Part shown: positions 10,775 to 21,812 of the stretch, piece by piece
Layout of the letters: every line of letters starts with the position of its first letter
Numbering within the stretch: the stretch's first letter is position 1
Source: Carcharhinus longimanus
Taxonomy: Eukaryota
DNA length: 64,000 nucleotides
Reading direction: 5' to 3'
NCBI GenBank assembly: GCA_030264375.1
Contig: JASCQW010000122.1
Location: 28,029,264 to 28,093,263 of the forward strand
The notes under the pieces: model-generated
The model's database searches: none
Told to the model about the DNA's origin: nothing
The model's input: the letters and a program-made list of their open reading frames with translations, nothing else
Program-made: the position numbers and the translations under genes

Positions 10775-12273
10775 CAACAAATCTTTCAACATTTGTTGCA
10801 GCAAAACCATCTAAACCTAACTGGCAAAATCTTTGAGGTAGATGGAAAGGGATATTTTCGAAGAGGTGAGTTGAATCAGCAGTCAAACTGGTTAATTAAT
10901 GTACTCTTCTATTTGGTTAGTTAGTGTGAACATTTATTTCAAGGTAGTTATTCACTGAGATAAAGATAATCAATGTTTGTTTCAACTATATTTAGTAAAT
11001 GTTCATTGTCTCCTACGGATTGAACAAGTGTTAAGTAATGCTATATCAATCTTGTGCACAGAGAATAAAGAAACCTTTTTTTCTAGACTATCCCACAGCA
11101 TGCCATTGTAATTTCCCTGTTGGAATTTCTAGAATTAGTTCATGCTCTAACCAGTTAATTCTGACATCTGTCTCTCCAAGTGTCTATAGGCAGCTGACGA
11201 ATAAACAAAGTAACAATCAGAGAATGATTTGAGGACTTAGGTAGGTCGTGGAACCCTCTAAGAGATTCAATGACAGTGATGACAGAGAACAATGAATACT
11301 GTTGCCTTTACCTTCACCCTTTTCTAAGTTGGCCAGCTACTTCCCACATAATGTTTGATTCAACAGTAATAGGAACTAACAAAAGCTCGCCCAGCTAAGG
11401 CAACCAATCTCCATCAGGTAAATATAAAACTACCAAGCTGGCCTCAAACACCTTTAATTCATGCTTATGTCAACATGTGAGGATCAGGAATTTTTTTTCT
11501 TATTGGCAAAACATGTTTCAGCTAATAATCACAGTTTCAAACATAATTTGTGAAACTGTGTTGGAACTTTGTAGTTTGCTGGAATAAGCTATGCTTAAAT
11601 ATTCAAAGGATAGAGTTGTAGTTTGGTTTTTGGGCATCTGACCAGCTGGATGGCTGTGAAGAGGCAGCTGGATTTTGTGGCCCTGGTCTCATTTAGAATT
11701 TTCATGAAATAGCTGAGTGCCAAACAAGGATCCCAGATATCACTTGCCAGATTGATATCAGGATGGGGTGGCCGACATCATGGTAGATTGCAGAAGTGCT
11801 AATAGTTTTACAATCATAGAATGTGGGAGATCCCAAGGCAGCAGCACCCAGGTTAACTTTGAAGGCTCCAGTTGCCCATCTGAAAGATTTTACTGTGTTC
11901 CCCTTCACCCCCACTCATATTTCACTTACATATGCTACTTACAGTAGTTCCTGCATTCATCGCTGTGACATCCAAATAGTGATCCCTTTTCATGTTTATG
12001 CAACTCCATTCATGATTATACNNNNNNNNNNTTTGCTTTCTCTGGGTTAGATAGTGCTTAGTCCACCTCAATGTATTAACTGAATGTTTCAAACAAACCT
12101 TACCTACTGTCAGGAGAAATACCTTTTCAAAAAATGGAATGGCTGATATTCCTGTTGATGGTGCTGGGGAATTATTAGTTGCAAAGGAAGAAAAACAGGA
12201 TGGTGGTCCATGACGCTCGCTCTGTGCCCCTTTACAAAGCCACAGGATTTCTGGGGTCTTCAGTAGTGGGGAG

Positions 12274-12481
12274 TGTTATGTATTAATAGTGATTCTTGAT
12301 AGCTGCACTAAGCACTGTGTATTATTAAATTCATGTATTCGTTACAAGTGATGTCACAGGTCAACAGCATGGGAGAATGCCGTGTGAAGAAGTCGACATG
12401 TAGTGAACACAACCCTGCAAATAAAGTTCTGCTATTTTTAACCTTCCATGCTTCCTAGCATCAATTCTCCAATGTGCAACA
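12274..12481 (+). repeat. Possible short solo LTR
   Basis: TG...CA ends, internal AATAAA and a gtgatgtcac motif like the Gypsy LTR above; no clear TSD. Confidence 0.35.
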
Positions 12482-12964
12482 AAGGGGATAATGCTTACAC
12501 TTGCAAATACTTATGGCAAGATGTAGCCATGGTAATGAGATAGACTCCTGTCCTGTTGCCTCATTTTCGTGAAGGTTCATTAAAAATAATATGCAGATGC
12601 AGTGAAGACAAAATAAGCTGACAGTAGGTTCTGAGCCTCAATTTTTTTTAGGTCAGAGGACCTGATAGCAGCAGACAGCAAGGCAAGAGATATCCAAAAT
12701 AGTAAGTAAAAACCTTTGTTTTCAATAGCTTCCCTGTATATTCTGCAGGTCTGGATGCCTTTTGGCTGCTGTGTTTGCAGTCAGAAGGGCATAATGTTGG
12801 TGACTGTTCACACTGCTGCAAACCTCCAAAATCTGCAACTGTAATGGCACTGATCACACAATTACTATTTATTATTAAAATCAACAGTTAAAACTTGTAT
12901 TTATATAGCACTGTCAGCAAAGTAAACCCTCCCAACTTGATTCACAGGAGCATTAACAAATTGT

Positions 12965-13330
12965 GGGAAGTGGTGACATAGTGGTACTGTTACTGGATTA
13001 CTAATCCAGAGACCAGGCTTTGAATCCCACTAGGGCATATGCTGAAATTTGAACTCAGTAAGATTCTGGAATTTAAAAGATCTGATGACGACTATGAGCT
13101 CATTGTTCATTGTTGCAAACATCCATCTAGTTCATTAGTGTCTGTAAGGGGAGGAAATCTGCCATCCTTAACTGGTCTCACTTACATTTGATTCCAGAAA
13201 CACAGTAAGGTTATTGACTCCTACACGCTCTCTGGCTTGTAGCAAGCCATTCAGTTCAATGGCAATTAAGTGTGGCAATAAATGCTGGCCCAGCCAGCAG
13301 TGCTCACATCCCATGAATGAATAATGTAAA
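12965..13330 (+). mobile_element. SINE family B (tRNA head + LINE tail), older copy
   Basis: gtggtgacatagtggtactg...tgaatcccac...ggcaataaatgctggcccagccagcagtgctcacatcccatgaatgaat. Confidence 0.85.
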
Positions 13331-13431
13331 ATCAGACATACGGCCACGTAACAAGACTTAGAAAAGGTTAGTCAAAGAGCTATGTTTGAAAGGGGGAGAG
13401 AGAACTTTAGTGGAGGAACCAGAAAACCAGG

Positions 13432-13790
13432 GGAGGCAATGTCCCAGTGGTATTATCGCTAGACTATTAATCCAGAAACTCAGATAACGTTCTGGAGATC
13501 TGGGTTTGAATCCCGCCACAGCAAATGGGGAATTTGAATTCAATTTTAAAAAATCTAGAATTAAAAATCTACTGATGAACATGAAACCATTGTCGATTGT
13601 CGGAAAGACCAATCTGGTTCACTAATGTCCTTTACTGAATGAAATCTGCCATCCTTACCCAGTCTGACCTACATGTGATTCCAGAGCCACAGCAGTGGTT
13701 GAGTCTCAACTGCCCTCGAACAACTAGGAATGGGCAATAAGTGCAGGCCAGTCAGTGACGCCCATGTCCCATGAATGAATTAAAAAAAAA
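13432..13790 (+). mobile_element. SINE family B, younger full-length copy
   Basis: A box tgtcccagtgg (13440-13450), B box ggtttgaatcc (13503-13513), tail ...cccatgaatgaattaaaaaaaaa. Confidence 0.9.
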
Positions 13791-14760
13791 CTGGGGCCTA
13801 GACAACTGAAATCATGGAAGTCAATTCAGAACATTTAAAATGGAAGTTGGGAAAAACCCCAGAAATTGAGGAAAGCTGAGATCTCAGAAGGTTGCAGTGC
13901 CAAAGGAAGTTGCAGGAATAGAGAGAGCAGCAGAGCCTTAAAGATATTTGAAAAGAGGAAAGAGAAGTTATAAGTCATGGTGTCACCAAACCAGGCATCA
14001 ATGAAAGTGAAGAGAGACGGAGCCAACAGATGAATGTGACTTGATGCAAGCTTAGATCTGGTCGGCGGAGTTAGGGATCAATTCAAGCTTATAGAGTTAA
14101 CATGTGGCACAGATTTTTCAGTGTGACTTCTTAATAGATTTTCCAATCTCTCCCAATCCCTTCTGCGCCTGAAGCACTGGCCATAAAATGACTGGCTAAT
14201 CTACCCTCAAATCAGTCCTCCATACAGACATGGTTAAACTTCAAATAATGAAATCACATGTTATGCAAGCTGGGGTAGGTGCACATTTGTTATTAGCCTT
14301 GTTCGAGGAAAGGTCATGAGAGTATTAAATATTCAATTAAATGAAGCCATCCCACAGATAACAGCATTCCCCAGGGCACGTTATAGAATGTCAGTGGCCA
14401 TAGAGATGCAGGATAGAAATCATAAACCAGCATTGGATGGTTGTGTGCTGTACACAGCAATCTAGTTAAATGAGTCGGGTTCAAAATTTAAAATGTCAGT
14501 TTTCATCATAGCATGGAATTTCTAGTTTTATACTTCGATTTACTACATGTGTGAGTGGTTCCTGCACAGGCTTTCAACTAATAGTATTGCAGCCCATGAG
14601 CTACTATGCACATTTTGAAATACTCGCACATTTTGTCATAACATCCTGTCTTTCATTGTTGTGTGGACTAAATTTTTACAACATAAGTCTGTTAATCACC
14701 AGACAGCATTGTGTGACTTTGAACAGCAGTTTGTATTTTAAGATTGGAGTTTATTGTTAT

Positions 14761-14838
14761 TTTTATATGGATTACTTTTTTTCATGGATTCCTTTTTTCA
14801 TGGATCCTTTTCACATGGATCCTTTTTTCATGGATTAC
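14761..14838. repeat. Minisatellite, ~5 copies of a ~15-bp unit (ttttttcatggatcc-like)
   Basis: ATGGAT core repeated five times with T-runs. Confidence 0.85.
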
Positions 14839-15579
14839 TGATTTTTGTTAAAACGAAAGGGCAATTAAACAAAAATGTTTGAAAAGGATAGTGCAAAATA
14901 AGTACAGTTCAGTTGGGAATTCTGAAATTGAAGTATATATACAACTAAACCAATCATTTTTCTCTTCTCGGCTTTGTAACATGGGTAAAATTATCTGATA
15001 GAACCTGACAACTAATAAGTTCAAGCAAACTTAGTATCATAAATGTGATATGTAATTAAGAATCTACGGATTATGCAACCTGCAACTCTTCTCTTGATGC
15101 CATCTATATGACAGGATGCAGAATTCAGTTCCTTCGTGCCTACATTTTGGAGTTAAGAGTTCCATTTCAACTACAAAGTGTCACCCACAATATGCAAGCA
15201 CATTTGTGGTGAGTTGTGCTGAATGCCATGCTGCTGAGGAAGTTAGCATGCTTGTAGTCAACGGCATCCTGCAAATCTGAAGAGGTTGCAAAGTGAAGGA
15301 GAATTGGAATGTCGGAAGGAGCTTTAACTATGAAGAAACCATCACGTTCTACGAGTTCAGTCCAACCACTGGCCACGACCTTGGCAGTGGTACTCCAATG
15401 ATGGCAAGCATCATCTCATCCAATGGGGTGATAATATGTAACAATGCCATCCCCTGTCAATTAAGCTCTGCTTCCTCTGGTTATATATTACTTGTCCTTC
15501 AAGAGAGACAGTAATGTGGCATTGAGCATGGTGCAATGTTCTTGACTGATGTGGCTGTCCGTATGCTCAAGCTGTGAGA

Positions 15580-15990
15580 TGTTACAAAGGCAAATGGGAT
15601 ATTGGCCTTTCGACAAGGTCAAACAAGGGTAAGATATTTTGCTGCAAGCATTCAGGATTTTGGTGAAATTACACTTGATGTATTGTGTGCAGTTTTGGCC
15701 TCAGTTTCTTAGGGAAGCTGTATTTGTCTTAGGGGATGTGGAATGTTGATTTACTAGACTGATGATGAGGTTGTCTTGTGAGGAGAGGTCGAGTAGAATG
15801 GCCTATAGGTGATCTTATTGAAATATGTAAATTTCTGAGAGAATTAGACAGAACAAGTACTGGAGTATACGGATCTAGAAGCATAATCTCAGGATAAAGG
15901 ATCAGTTATTTTGGATAGTGATTAAGAGAAACTTCTTCATTTAAATGATTCTTAATATTTGGTGTTCTCTACCCAAGAAAATAGACTGTG
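15580..15990 (+). mobile_element. Old CR1 RT 3' fragment
   Basis: aaggcaaatgggatattggcc...tattgtgtgcagttttgg...gatcttattgaaatatgtaaa. Confidence 0.7.
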
Positions 15991-17277
15991 ATATCTTTGC
16001 AGAACAGAAAAGAGACTGTGTGTTACTTGTAAAATCAAGTACATGACTAAACAAACTAGTTTATTCCAGTTTGACCAAATAAACGTATGTACGTACAGAA
16101 ATGGCCTTAGTATAAAAGTCATACAAAAGTTCAAATTCTGTACAACCTATATACATTTCTTGTTTTTTCATTTATTTAGAAATACAACTCAATCTCTAGT
16201 TTCCTATTCCTGAGAAGATACCTCCTTACTTGACCCAACCTTCCAGAGTTTAGGAAACGACCCAATCGCTTAACCAGAGTCTTGAGGAGAAGCTTTCAAA
16301 AACAAATACCGATTTCAACCTTGAGCATCAAGAATTTTCCTCTTCATCAGACATGTTTGATTCTCACTTGGATTTCAACCCTTTTAGTCACAATGTGTGT
16401 TGGAATAACTATTGGTATTCATACCCCAACTATCCAATTCATACTCATTTGGATCTTTCCAAATCCCTTCTTATTCATGAACCTCTGAAGGTAAAACATG
16501 ATCTATATGCACAAACGTAACCTTTCTACTACCAAACATCTTTACTGTGAGGACCCCCACATTTTCATGATTTTTTTTCCTGGTAACCACTTGTGATGAT
16601 ATTCTTTCATCTTAAGCTTCTGGTTCAACTTCAGAATTCCTTTTCTTACTCTACTGCTATGGTTCTCTTTCTCTCTCCCTGTCTCTCTGCTTAGTTTGTT
16701 TCTCTTCTGCTGACTCTGCTAAATGTGGCTTCAGCAGTAAAACCCTGTTCTAGACTGTCTCCTAAGAAACAATTCAGTGGGCATTCTGCCAGTACTAACG
16801 TAAGGTATGTTACAATAGAAAAACATTTCAGCAGTTTGTGATTCAATGACAACAGATTCTTCTTCCCATTTGTATCACTTAACAATTTGTACTATGCACT
16901 CTGCTGCAAGCTTGGAAGCAAGATGGTACAATGGAACTCCAGTGCGTTAAATCCCATTCATTCTCATAAACTTTGCAAATCCTTCTAAATAAAAATGAGG
17001 TCTGCTAATTGGATACAATTTCCTCACGGAGTCCACAAGCAGCCAAAAAATGTATGCTAAATATCTGGAATTTTGTTTGTTGTTTTACGATTCATTGGAA
17101 AGCTTTCACCCCATTCTAATTGGTTATTTATCACAATGCATAGTAATTATTCTTAAAATTCAGTAAAATTTATGTGCATCCTCTGCACAGTCTAGCTAGC
17201 CATTTCTATGGTTGGAAAGGTATCTCTGGCAGATCATTAGATAAGGACATGAAAGACACAGTGAAACAGTGTTGAAT

Positions 17278-17320
17278 GACTCACCTGATGAAGGAGCAGT
17301 GCTCTGAAAGCTCATGATTC
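17278..17320 (+). ncRNA. Minimal type-I hammerhead ribozyme motif
   Basis: CTGATGA (17285-91), stem II GGAGC/GCTCT, GAAA (17306-09), palindromic AGCT stem III, putative CUC cleavage triplet, and stem I TCAC/ATGA with one mismatch. Confidence 0.65.
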
Positions 17321-17405
17321 TAAATAAACCTGTTGGACTTTGACCTGGCGTTGTGAGACTTCTTACTGTGCCCACCCCAGCCCAACACTGGCATCTCCAT
17401 CTCAT
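17281..17405 (+). mobile_element. Penelope-like element terminal repeat (second family)
   Basis: tcacctgatgaaggagcagtgctctgaaagctc...aaataaacctgttggactttgacctggcgttgtgagactt; related sequence at 63933-64000. Confidence 0.75.
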
Positions 17406-17639
17406 TATCTAACTCTGGCCCCCAAAGACTGCTTCTCACTCATTCTTATCCGTAAGTCATGATCATGAAGTCCACGTAGCAACTGTGATCTGTATCTTTG
17501 TATCTTGCTCCCAAATTTATACAACCTTTATCAATGGCTTATGATCAGCTATGACCATGAAACTACAACCTTACAAGTTTATGAAATTTTTCTTCCTCCA
17601 AGTCAATTGCTTCACATTGAGTATAATCTTTCTCGTGGG

Positions 17640-19385
17640 CACTGAGGGTGTATGAGGCGAATGGAATCTGTCACACTTTACCAAAATGAGAAAGCACAGC
17701 ATTTGTTCCAAATGGAGAGGGATCACATGCTAGCTTACACATGGCAATGTAGAAGCATTGTACCATCTACCAATTTATTTTTACACACTGGAATGCTTTA
17801 TCACATTCCCTTGTCTAGTTCCAGTTCCCTTCCACAAGGGTTCATTCAGTGAATGCAATAATTTTGCCAAATTTGGTACAAATTTGCCAAAGTAATTCAC
17901 TAAACCTAAATAGATCTGAGCTTAGAGATAATCTGAGGGTGTGGTGCATTTCTTGTTGTTTGAACCTTACTCTTGGTAGGATGCAACCCATTTTGTCTAC
18001 CCTGTGACTCAAAAACTAGACAGGGTTTTGAAACATTTCATATCTGCGTGCCTTTGCCCAAACTCCATGCTTTTCGAAATGTTGGAGCATCTTATTCAAC
18101 CTGTCTTCATGGGCCTGTCTGTTTGGAGCTAAAATAAATATATCATCCAATTAGCACACTATGCCCTGAATTCTTTACAAAACTTGATTCAGTCTGGGGG
18201 CTGAAGAAACCCCAAATGGCAACCTGTGAAACTAAAATAGACCTATCTGCTTTTTCTTTTGGAACATAGGGTACTGGATGAGGCCTACTATAAGCTCATT
18301 TTGCATTCCTTTAAACCCAACATTAGCCTTCTATCTTGCATTGGATTGCTGATTTCAAGAAACATCTGAGGTTACTTGGTGGTCACATCATGTATTGTGA
18401 ATTTTTCTCCGATGCGAAAAGGCTTGTTCCAACTGATCTTCAGTGCTGTTAATCAGTTTCTTCCTAACATGGCTGATTCTTCGCCTTTCACTACAACAGT
18501 GAATCCATCATTTCAGAGCTGAAAAGACTTGAAACTAATAAATATTTGGGCTACTCCCTTAGTGGTAATACCGAAGTGAGATTGTAGTGTAAGAACATAT
18601 GGGAGTTAAAAGGTAACTGTAAATCAGGCCCTGGAATGTAATCCACCTGATACTTTACTAGAGATGGAGAAGTTTTTCACAATGTTGTCAGGAGGCCAAT
18701 TCTTTTTCTCAAAATTAGATCTGACAAAACACCTTTCTGCAACGTGAGTTAGGTGTTAGCCAGAATTTAATGGACCTGCCCATCAGTGGAATTTTCCAGT
18801 CCCATCAAGTCAATGGGTTTCTGGCTGGCTTACAGCATCAACTACAGGCAGGGCTGGAATATCCCACTTGATGGGTAATTTTTGATTACTAATACACACA
18901 CAATAGGTTGCTATTTGATGTTGCTTCAAATACTGAAATGTTTTAAGGGGCAATGAACCAAAAGTTTCCAAGGAATTCAGGGAGTAGTGTAGAACCATCA
19001 AGCAGAGAGTAGAACTGACACACTTATCATTAAGAGGAATTTTCTGTCCCCCGTAACTTTGTAATTCTGTGCATGATTTATCCAGCTGATGCTGACCCAA
19101 TTTTTGACGGTATAGCGATTCAGGAATCACACTAATGAAGGCACCTGTTTCGATATTCATGTTTAATAGAGCTACATCTCGTAGGGTTGAGATGCCTTGT
19201 GACTTTCTATTGGACATCATTGTTCTTCAGATTATATGGGTCTCAAGTGAGCTCTCATTAACCTGGTGCAGTTTGGTAACTTTGTGCAGTGGATGCCATT
19301 TCCTCTTGACATCATTCCCTCTGTTAACGTTCCATTGACATGCCATGGCAAAATGATCTTTTTTCTTACAGATAATATTACATTG
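17640..19385 (-). mobile_element. Decayed, internally rearranged Gypsy gag-pol relic
   Basis: Minus strand: knuckle (CKKKDHFAMAC), protease (IETGAFISVIPE; VVVKGEESAMLGRN), RT (RLPFGVSSAP, LDDI, LGLVNYFGKFVPNLA), RNase H (LACDPSPFG..AVLSH). The RT N-terminal piece is on the plus strand at ~18513-18750. Confidence 0.85.
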
Positions 19386-19390
19386 TTTGA

Positions 19391-19684
19391 AAATTTATTT
19401 ATTAGTGTCACAAGTAGGCTTACATTAACACTGCAATGAAGTTATTGTGAGAATTCCTTCGTTGCCACACTCCCGCACCTGTTTGGGTACATTGAGGGAG
19501 AATTTAGCATGGCCAAAGCACTAACAGCATATCTTTTGGACTGTTGTAGGAAACCAGAGCACCCAGAGGAAACCCATTGCAGACACAGGGAAAACGTGCA
19601 AACTCCACGCAGATAGTGACCCTAGCCAGGAATCGAACCCGGGTCGCTGGTGCTGTGAGGCAGCAGTGCTAACCCCTGTACCAC
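19391..19684 (-). mobile_element. HE1-like V-SINE, tail type A
   Basis: Same family as 10494-10774. Confidence 0.9.
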
Positions 19685-19729
19685 TCTTGATGTTTGGTTT
19701 TGAGCATGTTCAAACCTGAAATTTAGATT

Positions 19730-20430
19730 CTTGGAATCTAAGACTAGAGGGATCAGATGGGAAAGTGGAGTTGAAGTCGATGATCACTCATTACTTTACC
19801 TTAAGGCAAAGCTGGTTCAAAGGGCCTGTCACTGCTCTATTCCTTTATTATTACATTTAAAAAAATGGTATCCTTGGCTTTATTAGTAGAAAAAGCAAGG
19901 AAGATATAGCATATCTTTATAAAAGACTAGTTAGACCTCAGTTGGACTATTGTATTAAAAAGATCAATGTCTTAGAAAGGGAGGAGAAGGAATGTACTAG
20001 AATGGTGCTGAGGATGAGGGACTTCAGTTATTGGGAGAGCCCAGAGAAGCTGAAGTTGTTCTCTTTTGAGCAGAGAAGATGAAGAGGAGATTTGATAGAG
20101 GTGTTTAGAATTATGGATAGTTTTGATAGAGTAAAAGAGGAGAAACTTTTTCCAGTTGTAAAAACATCAGTAACCAATGGATAAATTTAAACAGTTTGGA
20201 AAGGAAACAGAGGCAACAGGAGCAGACCCTTTTTTCATACAGCACATTGTTGTGAGCTGGAATGCACTACCTAGAAAGGGTGCAATTCCCTCTTAATATA
20301 CAAAGACTTGAATGGAATAAAGTTACATGGATGCGGATAAAGCGCAGGGGAGTGGGGTTAATCAGATATCCAGGAACTGGCACATGCAGGCAAAATGGCC
20401 TCCTTTCATGATATATCATTGTTTCTATGA
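19730..20430 (+). mobile_element. CR1 3' fragments (a tail piece followed by an RT C-terminus and tail)
   Basis: gttagacctcagttggactattgt, gagcagagaagatgaagaggagatttgatagaggtgttt, caaaatggcctcc...ctatga. Confidence 0.75.
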
Positions 20431-20802
20431 GAACATTTCATAGTACTAAAGCAGCTGATTAGAAAATAATTTGCAGTCTGTAATTCTGTTTACAATGCAC
20501 ACCATTGCCAATTCTCACAGAAAAAGTCAATAAGAAAATCAATACAGAATTCTGCAGGGTCAAATTAACAGATGACAGGTGCCAATGAATAACACCAGCA
20601 TTTTAAGAAACAAGTGGATGGTGGGTAAACTCTGCTCAACTGCTGTATAAGTATTAAGAAACATGTTAGTTGGCAAGAAAATATATATTCATATTGTAAC
20701 ACCTTAACCTTATATTACAACACATTACTGTAGATGTTGGAAATCTGAAATATAAACAGAAAGTGCTGGATAAACTGAGCAGTTTTGGCAACATCTGTGG
20801 AA

Positions 20803-20918
20803 GGTGGAATTTTCCCACCCATGGGAATCATAACAGAGGAACAAGACCATGCAAATGTCCCGTTGACCTTGGGTGGGATTTTTCGGTCTTGCAGTGAGTG
20901 TGACCGGAAAATCTCACC
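20803..20918. mobile_element. MITE (probably PIF/Harbinger-derived) inserted in a minus-strand Penelope-tail unit (~20725-20960)
   Basis: Imperfect TIRs ggtggaattttcc / ggaaaatctcacc. The host repeat resumes on both sides. Related MITEs lie at ~18757-18870, 25965-26095 and 57892-58025. Confidence 0.65.
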
Positions 20919-21067
20919 AAGTGTTAACATTTTTAGTTGAATATGGCAATTCCTCAGACAGTAAAAAACTTTATAATTGCATGCATTTTTGTCTGCAAAA
21001 CCTCTTCAGAACATGTTACTTTTGTGTCGATTTTTACCATCGTAATTTATTTTAAGCCCTTCTTTTG

Positions 21068-21314
21068 GGACATTGGTTAGCACTGCTGCCTCAGTGCCAG
21101 GGACTCAGGTTTGATCCCTGGCTTGGGTCACTGTTTGGGCGGCGACTGCACGCTCTCCCCTTATCTGTGTGCTTTGGTTTCGTCCCATAGTCCGAAAGAC
21201 GTGCTGATTAGGTGCACTGGCCTTGCTAAAAAAAACTCCCTCAGTGTACCTGAACAGGCACTGGAGTGTGGCGACTGGAGGATTTTCACAGAAACTTCAT
21301 TGCAATGTTAATAT
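21068..21314 (+). mobile_element. HE1-like V-SINE, tail type A (runs into gap)
   Basis: Head ggttagcactgctgcctca; tail gattttcacagaaacttcattgcaatgtta. Confidence 0.85.
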
Positions 21315-21525
21315 NNNNNNNNNNNNNNNNNNNNNNNNNNNNNNNNNNNNNNNNNNNNNNNNNNNNNNNNNNNNNNNNNNNNNNNNNNNNNNNNNNNNNN
21401 NNNNNNNNNNNNNNNNNNNNNNNNNNNNNNNNNNNNNNNNNNNNNNNNNNNNNNNNNNNNNNNNNNNNNNNNNNNNNNNNNNNNNNNNNNNNNNNNNNNN
21501 NNNNNNNNNNNNNNNNNNNNNNNNN

Positions 21526-21812
21526 CCTCCTTCTCATGTCGTAAATTCTCTCAGCACAATGCAGACACAGTTTACACTGAAACTTAAATCTTCTTTACAT
21601 GGAAACACCTTTGCTTAATATAAATCCAACCAACATTTTACCCTTTCTTATCCAGAAACACTAATTTAAACTCACTTAAAATCTATACCTTATTTCTAAT
21701 GTCCAACAGTACAAACATATTTCGCTTAAAACCACCCCTGCTCCCTGACATCAACAGTACAAATATAGATCACTTAAAATTACCTCTGCTTCCTGACACC
21801 TTCACCTTTTAA
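21526..21812 (-). repeat. Probable 3' LTR start with polypurine tract
   Basis: Minus strand reads aaaaggtgaagg immediately followed by TGtcaggaagcag; the terminal ~48 bp are tandemly duplicated. Confidence 0.5.

Larger units (their letters stand above)
12890..14100 (-). mobile_element. Old L2-type LINE 3' fragment, split by two SINE insertions
   Basis: L2-like terminus aacttgtatttatatagcac... at 12891; purine-rich body typical of antisense L2. Confidence 0.55.

Noticed and set aside
16200-16690. Possible very old Penelope RT fragment
   Set aside because: Only a faint GITIG..TP motif; too decayed to call by eye.
21223-21618. ORFs spanning N-runs (also at 4209-4308, 12022-12031, 25871-25916, 27766-27865, 32907-32974, 35578-35677, 49138-49237)
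   Set aside because: Artefacts of assembly gaps; several gaps are exactly 100 N, so true lengths are unknown.
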